Of a DNA stretch of 64,000 nt, positions 60,933 to 64,000 are shown piece after piece. Below the pieces are notes generated by a model that worked only from the letters and a program-made list of their open reading frames with translations, was not told the DNA's origin and searched no databases. Each line of letters starts with the position of its first letter. The stretch's first letter is position 1. The position numbers and the translations under genes were made by a program. Source of the stretch: Nitrospirota bacterium (GTDB lineage Bacteria; Nitrospirota; UBA9217); NCBI GenBank assembly GCA_963749655.1, contig CAVVOB010000030.1:224001-288000 (forward strand). The letters are read 5' to 3'.

Positions 60933-62461
60933 ATGGCTGGAGAAAAGATTCTCGTCGTCGATGACGAGGAAATGATCAGAGATCTTTGTTATCATATCCT
61001 GACGGCTGAGGGATACCAGGTGACTACGGTGGCCAACGGCGATGCGGCGCTGGAAGAGCTGTCCCGTTCAGCCGTGGATCTGATGATCACGGACATCAAG
61101 ATGCCGGGAATCGACGGACTCGAGCTCTTCGAGCGGGTGAAGGAGCAGAACCAGGACCTGGTAACGATTTTTATCACCGGCCATGGCACACTCGATACGG
61201 CGATCGAGTCGCTCATGCGCGGCGTTGACGGGTTCGTCCTCAAACCCTTTACCCAGGAGGAATTGCTCGGCGCGGTTGACCGTGCCATCAGCCGGAGCAG
61301 GCTCAAGAAGGAGAACATCAGGCTCAAGGCCTTGATCCCGCTGTTCGAGATCAGCAAGCTGCTGGTGACCGAGATCGATCTCGCGCATTTGTTCAAGATC
61401 ATCACCGAGGTGCTGGTGCAGGAATTCTCCGTGGACCGCGTCTCGCTTATGCTCATGGATGAGGCCAGCGGTACCCTCCTGATCCGCGCGTCCCACGGTC
61501 TGCCGACGGAGACGGCCTTGAAAGCCCGCCGCAGGATGGGCGAGGGCGTTGCCGGACTGGTGCTGAAATACAGAAAGCCGCTCATCATCTCGGCGGGAAA
61601 GCATCCGGACCAGGAGGTGATGGACGTGATCAATCTTGAGAACATGCCGGCATCATCGATGTCGGTTCCGCTCATCGGCAAGAATAAGATTTTCGGCGTG
61701 CTGAACGTGAGCAAATTGTCCGGCCCCCCCTTTACCACGAGCGACCTCCAGGTCGTCCTGATCCTCTCGAGCCAGGTGGTCACGGCCATGGAGAACGCGT
61801 CGTTGTATGAAGACCTGCGCGAGAATTACTTCCGGACCGTACAGGCTCTCGTGGCGGCCGTCGAGGCTAAAGACCCTTATACCCGCTGGCACTCCACCAA
61901 TGTCGCGAAATATGCAGTGGCGATCGCGACGGGATCATCGGCATGAGTCCGTCCCAGCTCGAAGAGATCCACATCGCATCCATTCTCCATGATGTCGGCA
62001 AGATCGGCATCAGCGAGCTCATCATCAGCAAGCCGGAGCGCCTGAGCAGGGAGGAATTCGACATTATGAAGGACCATCCGGCCCATGGTATCAGGATCCT
62101 TGAGCCGATCGGATTTTCTCCCTCCATTACGAGCGCCATTTATCAGCACCACGAGCGCTGGGACGGGAAAGGTTACCCCCGGGGGCTGTCCGGAGAACAG
62201 ATTACGCTTTCCGCCCGCATCCTGAATGTCGCCGATACCGTCGATGCCATGGTGTCCGAGCGTCCCTACCGCGGTACGATATCGAGCCAGCAGGTTCTCC
62301 TGGAGCTGGAGCGGGAGGCGGGACACCAGTTTGATCCGCAGGTTGCCGCATCCGCACGGCGTCTGATTGAAAAGGGCCTGCTCAAACTCGGCATGCATTC
62401 CTACTACCAGTATGCCGCTGCAGCGGATAAAATCGAGAAAAACAGCAAAGAAGCTCTCTAG
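60933..62461 (+). CDS. REC-GAF-HD-GYP response regulator (putative c-di-GMP phosphodiesterase), frameshift at ~61929-61940
   Basis: REC VVDDE..TDIKMPG..TG..KP; GAF; KDPYT..HS, LHDVGKIG, HHERWDGKGYP, VAD..DAM..RPYR. A net +2/-1 shift joins ORFs 60933 and 61943. Confidence 0.9.
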
Positions 62462-62532
62462 CGGCCCGGAGCGTGATTCGCAGCCGCCGTCAGGCGGGGA
62501 GAGTACGTGCCTTGCGAAATGACAGCGAAAAA

Positions 62533-64000
62533 ATGAAAGCAGCGCGCCAGAGAGACATATCCCGGAACGAGGGACGTGATGACATGCTGCACCACCTCGG
62601 CAGTCTCGTGGACAGCGTTACCACGGGGATCATTTCTCTCGATGGCGAAGGACAGGATCCGCGTGTTCAACACTGCTGCCGAAACCTGGTTCGGCCTGCC
62701 GCGGGTCATGGTGATCGGAAGGCACATGGATGAAATCGGCAGGATCATGGGCTTTGACGATCATTCGCTCCGGGCGCTGTGGGAGAGGCTTTCCGACGCT
62801 GTCTGGGCTGCAGGCGCAGCGGTTGATCTCGAGTATGACCTCGTGCTGCAAAGGGGCCGGCGACGGACCATGAGCTACAGTGTCTATCCTCTCGGCCGGA
62901 CGGCGTGGTCGGTCGGCAACGGCGTCGTGATCATGCTGGAGGACATCACTCGAAAAAAGGAAATGGAGGAGCAGATTTCGGACGCCCGCAAGAGGCTGCT
63001 TGCCGTGTTCGACGGGATCACTGATGGAATACAGGTCATTGACGCAGACTTCCGGATCACTGCGGTAAACAAGTCTATGCGAACGCTTCTTGCCAGGAAC
63101 ATCAAGGTCGGATCGCTCTGCTACGAGGCGTGTTCCTTTGGTTCGACGATTTGTATCGACTGCCCGGCCGAGGAGACCTTTCGGACGGGACAGCCTGCGT
63201 CGCTTACAAAAAAGATCATCGATACTGCGGCCGGTCCTGATGAGCGCGTTGTGGAGATCAGCACTTTTCCGCTTCTGGACCGGGTCAATCGTGTCGTCCA
63301 GGTCGTGGAATATATCAAGGAAGTCACCGAAAAGGCGAGGCTCGCAGAACGGCTGGAACATTCCCGCAGGCTTGCCGAACTCGGTGAAATGGCGGCCCGC
63401 GTAGCCCATGAAGTGCGGAATCCGCTGAATGCAATTACCGGAGCCGCGCATTATCTTTCCACCGAACATGCCGACAATGAGACGCTCGTAAAGTTCACCG
63501 ATCTTATCAAGCGGCAGGCGACCAGGGTCAATCAGGTGGCATCGGACCTCCTGTATGTCTCCAAGCCCCTGCGGACCCGGCTTACGCCGGTGCAGGTGAA
63601 CGCCGTAATTGACCAGGTGCTCGATTCCCTCTGCGAGCAGCTCCACGATCAACGGATAGAAGTTGTCCAGTCACCTGCGCCGGACATCCCCCCGATCTTT
63701 GCCGATGAGCTCCAGATAGAACAGGCTGTTCAGAACATTCTCCGGAACGCAGTCGAGGCCATGTCCGGCGGCGGTACGCTCCGGATATCCACCGCGTTGA
63801 CGGCAGGGCGCTCCGTCGTGGAAATCATCATGGAGGACACGGGACAGGGCATTCCGGAACAGGACCGTGAACGGATATTTCAGTCCTTTTTTACCACAAA
63901 GATCAAGGGGACCGGTCTTGGATTGACCATCGTGCAGCGCGTTCTCAAGAACCACGGCGGCGAGATTGTAATGGAGCATCCGGCAGGCGGCGGCACCCGG
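62533..64000 (+). CDS. Cytoplasmic PAS-PAS histidine kinase (3'-truncated by window; +1 frameshift at ~62648), main frame not in ORF track
   Basis: Hand translation after the shift: RIRVFNTAAE (PAS1), AVFDGITDGIQVID..CYEAC..CIDCP (PAS2), AHEVRNPL, NILRNA, DTGQGI, FFTTK, GTGLGL; open to the window end. Confidence 0.88.

Overview
Bacterial chromosomal window of roughly mid-50s % GC by eye. Gene content and protein features suggest a diderm, probably anaerobic lineage such as Nitrospirota or a deltaproteobacterial relative; this is inference only. 0-22 kb holds mixed housekeeping genes: a 5'-truncated radical SAM/SPASM gene, a stand-alone Lrp/AsnC ligand-binding protein, TrpB2, a Crp regulator, a 13-heme paired-CxxCH cytochrome c, tRNA-Leu, a RomY-like protein, split transketolase, ftsEX-envC-ctpA, CIRCE-groESL, hemE-hemH-hemY, cysS and rlmB. 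22.7-56.1 kb is the fused tRNA-tuf-rpmG-secE-nusG-rplKAJL-rpoBC-str-S10-spc-alpha supercluster, with two tuf copies, no adk, and an L5 carrying a long N-terminal extension. 56.3-64 kb is the most unusual part, a five-gene signalling operon: a HAMP-GAF histidine kinase, an orphan PhnD-like lipoprotein, a membrane sensor with periplasmic CxxCH whose H-box His is replaced by Tyr (DivL-like pseudokinase), a REC-GAF-HD-GYP protein, and a PAS-PAS kinase with a 4-Cys motif. Eight genes, including groEL and rplJ, are broken by small net insertions, most likely sequencing or assembly errors. No CRISPR array, rRNA, transposase or phage gene was seen.
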